A DNA stretch of 64,000 bases from Mobula hypostoma. Taxonomy: Eukaryota. The position numbers were made by a program, and so were the translations under genes. Positions 62,226-64,000 of this stretch are shown piece after piece; positions within the stretch are counted from its first letter, which is position 1, and each line of letters starts with the position of its first letter. The stretch is taken from the NCBI RefSeq assembly GCF_963921235.1, contig NC_086098.1, forward strand, positions 235,166,001 through 235,230,000, given 5' to 3'. The notes below the pieces were generated by a model. It was not told where the DNA came from and searched no databases. It worked only from the letters and a program-made list of their open reading frames with translations.

Positions 62226-64000
62226 AGTGACATATGGAGCCTCTACCCACTTGAAAATAATAAGCTTCTAGGTTTTGCTTTGGTGTACATCTTAGAGATT
62301 TTTCAAGATACAACAGTTGTAAAAGTCCTGCAAAATGCACATTGGCACTGAATGGATGGATTTGAAATAATATTTTCTGCTACTATGATAGTGGGAATTT
62401 TGTTGCAGTATATGATTTTGGAATGTACTCAGAATTTCTTGCTTGCATTTGTATATAAACATAGAAACATTGATGAGAAGAGCATGAATTTTGCTCTATG
62501 CTTTAGCGTTATCGTGAGCACTCTTTAATTCCAATACTGTATTTCTGCTCTCTCCCCATTCTCCTTTATGCCACCTTTTTTAAACGTATGTTCAACTACT
62601 TGGCCTCTACAGCTCACTGTGGTAGCAAATTCCACAAGTTCACTATTCCCAAGTGAAAAAAAATCTGCTCATTTCAATGCTAAATCTCTTGCCTTGTAAC
62701 CCGAGACTCCAGCTGTTCGTTCTTGACATCCCAGCCATGGGGGAAATGTCTACCCCAGATCCATTTGTCTAGCCCTGTCAGAGTTTTGGAACTTCAGTAT
62801 TTAGCTGTCAAACGATTGTGTTCAGGTCAAATGGTGTAGAGGAATTGCCCCAAAGGCTGAAGTTCCTCAACATCATTCCAATCTCAGCCTGAAACAGTTG
62901 ATGTTTCAGGTCAAGACACTTCATCTAGACTACCGTTTTGCTCTAGTTTTCAGCATCTGCAGGCTCTTGTGCTTTCAGAATATGGTTTTAGCTGCTTTCA
63001 GATTTTGTAATGCATAAATAATATTGATTCATATCGAAAGTATTATCACTACAGAGAGTGAAAATAGTTAATGTTAGCTCAGTTTCTTATGCCTGATGTG
63101 CTAATACTTATAGTGTTTTTCTGCTTTTCACTTTTGAGTATCTGACATATAACACAAAATTATGCTAGAGGGAATGCAAGAATCTGATTAATGTAGAAAG
63201 GGTGCAGAAAATATTCAAAAGGCTCTATTTCAATGAGCTCATCCAAAACAGGAAATTATGCAGTTGCTGGAAATTCAGAGCAACACACACACAATGATGG
63301 AGGAGCTCAGCAGGTCAGGCAACATTGATGGAAATGATGAAATGTCAATATTTTGGGCTGAGACCCTTCAACAGGATGACTTTTTACTTCTGTGTTCTTA
63401 ATTTTCTTTTCCTGTTTCTGCAAAGCTAATACGTGGAAATAATCATTTTTCTATACTTCATGGTGTCAAAATTGGTGCACTTTGCATTGTATTATTCTTT
63501 CTGAGAAGTTCAGTGTGAAGCTATTCATCCCCTTGTCTATTTCCATTTAGTCTCCTGTTTGAAACTGAAGTGTGTTGTGCTTTGCTCTTTGTATTTATTT
63601 TAAATTGTGATGTGAATAATTACAGGGAATTTAAAGCAATGCTTAAATGGCAAAAAGAAACTATAGTGAAAGTCAAAGTCAACATTAAAATTACGTATAA
63701 AGTTACGATATGATACTTAGAGATTCATTTTCTTGCAGGCATTTATAGGAAAATAAAGAAATACTATAGAATTTATGAAACATTTTGCATAATCGAAGAC
63801 TGACAGACAACCGATGTGCAGAAGAAGACAGACTTCGCAAATTAAAAAAAAATAATACTGAGAATGAGTTATAGAATTCTTCAAAGTGAGTCTGTAGGTT
63901 GTGGAACCACTTCATAGTTGAGGTGAGGAGCCAGTTCAGGAGTCTATAGCTGTAGGAACCCAGTGATTGTAGGGCCCAAGGCTCCTGTACCTGCTAAATG

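Overview
Eukaryotic, repeat-dense vertebrate DNA. The repeat repertoire (CR1, Rex/Babar, Penelope, V-SINE) points to a cartilaginous fish, probably a ray; this is inference. Host genes: a single-coding-exon cortexin (17063-17296, -), two identical divergent tRNA-Gly(TCC) genes, a complete SSR2/TRAP-beta gene (-, six exons, ~25830-36040) with a U12-type intron, and RPRD2 exon 1 plus its CpG promoter (+, 59105). A disabled hAT/ZMYM1-like transposase lies head-to-head with RPRD2. Most of the rest is nested TE debris, including a whole Gypsy element (2692-15523, CTAC TSD) filled with LINEs and a hAT > Tc1 > Nimb-like nest (48685-54776). Best leads: (1) a non-coding retroposon in SSR2 intron 4 whose first base is G1 of a predicted HDV-like ribozyme with an atypical L3 insertion; (2) a possible fourth vertebrate cortexin ohnolog; (3) a minisatellite made of copies of the SSR2 acceptor/ATG junction; (4) CpG asymmetry between twin LTRs, suggesting a germline-hypomethylated domain around the tRNA/cortexin locus. 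All coordinates were read by eye and TE boundaries are approximate unless a TSD is quoted.
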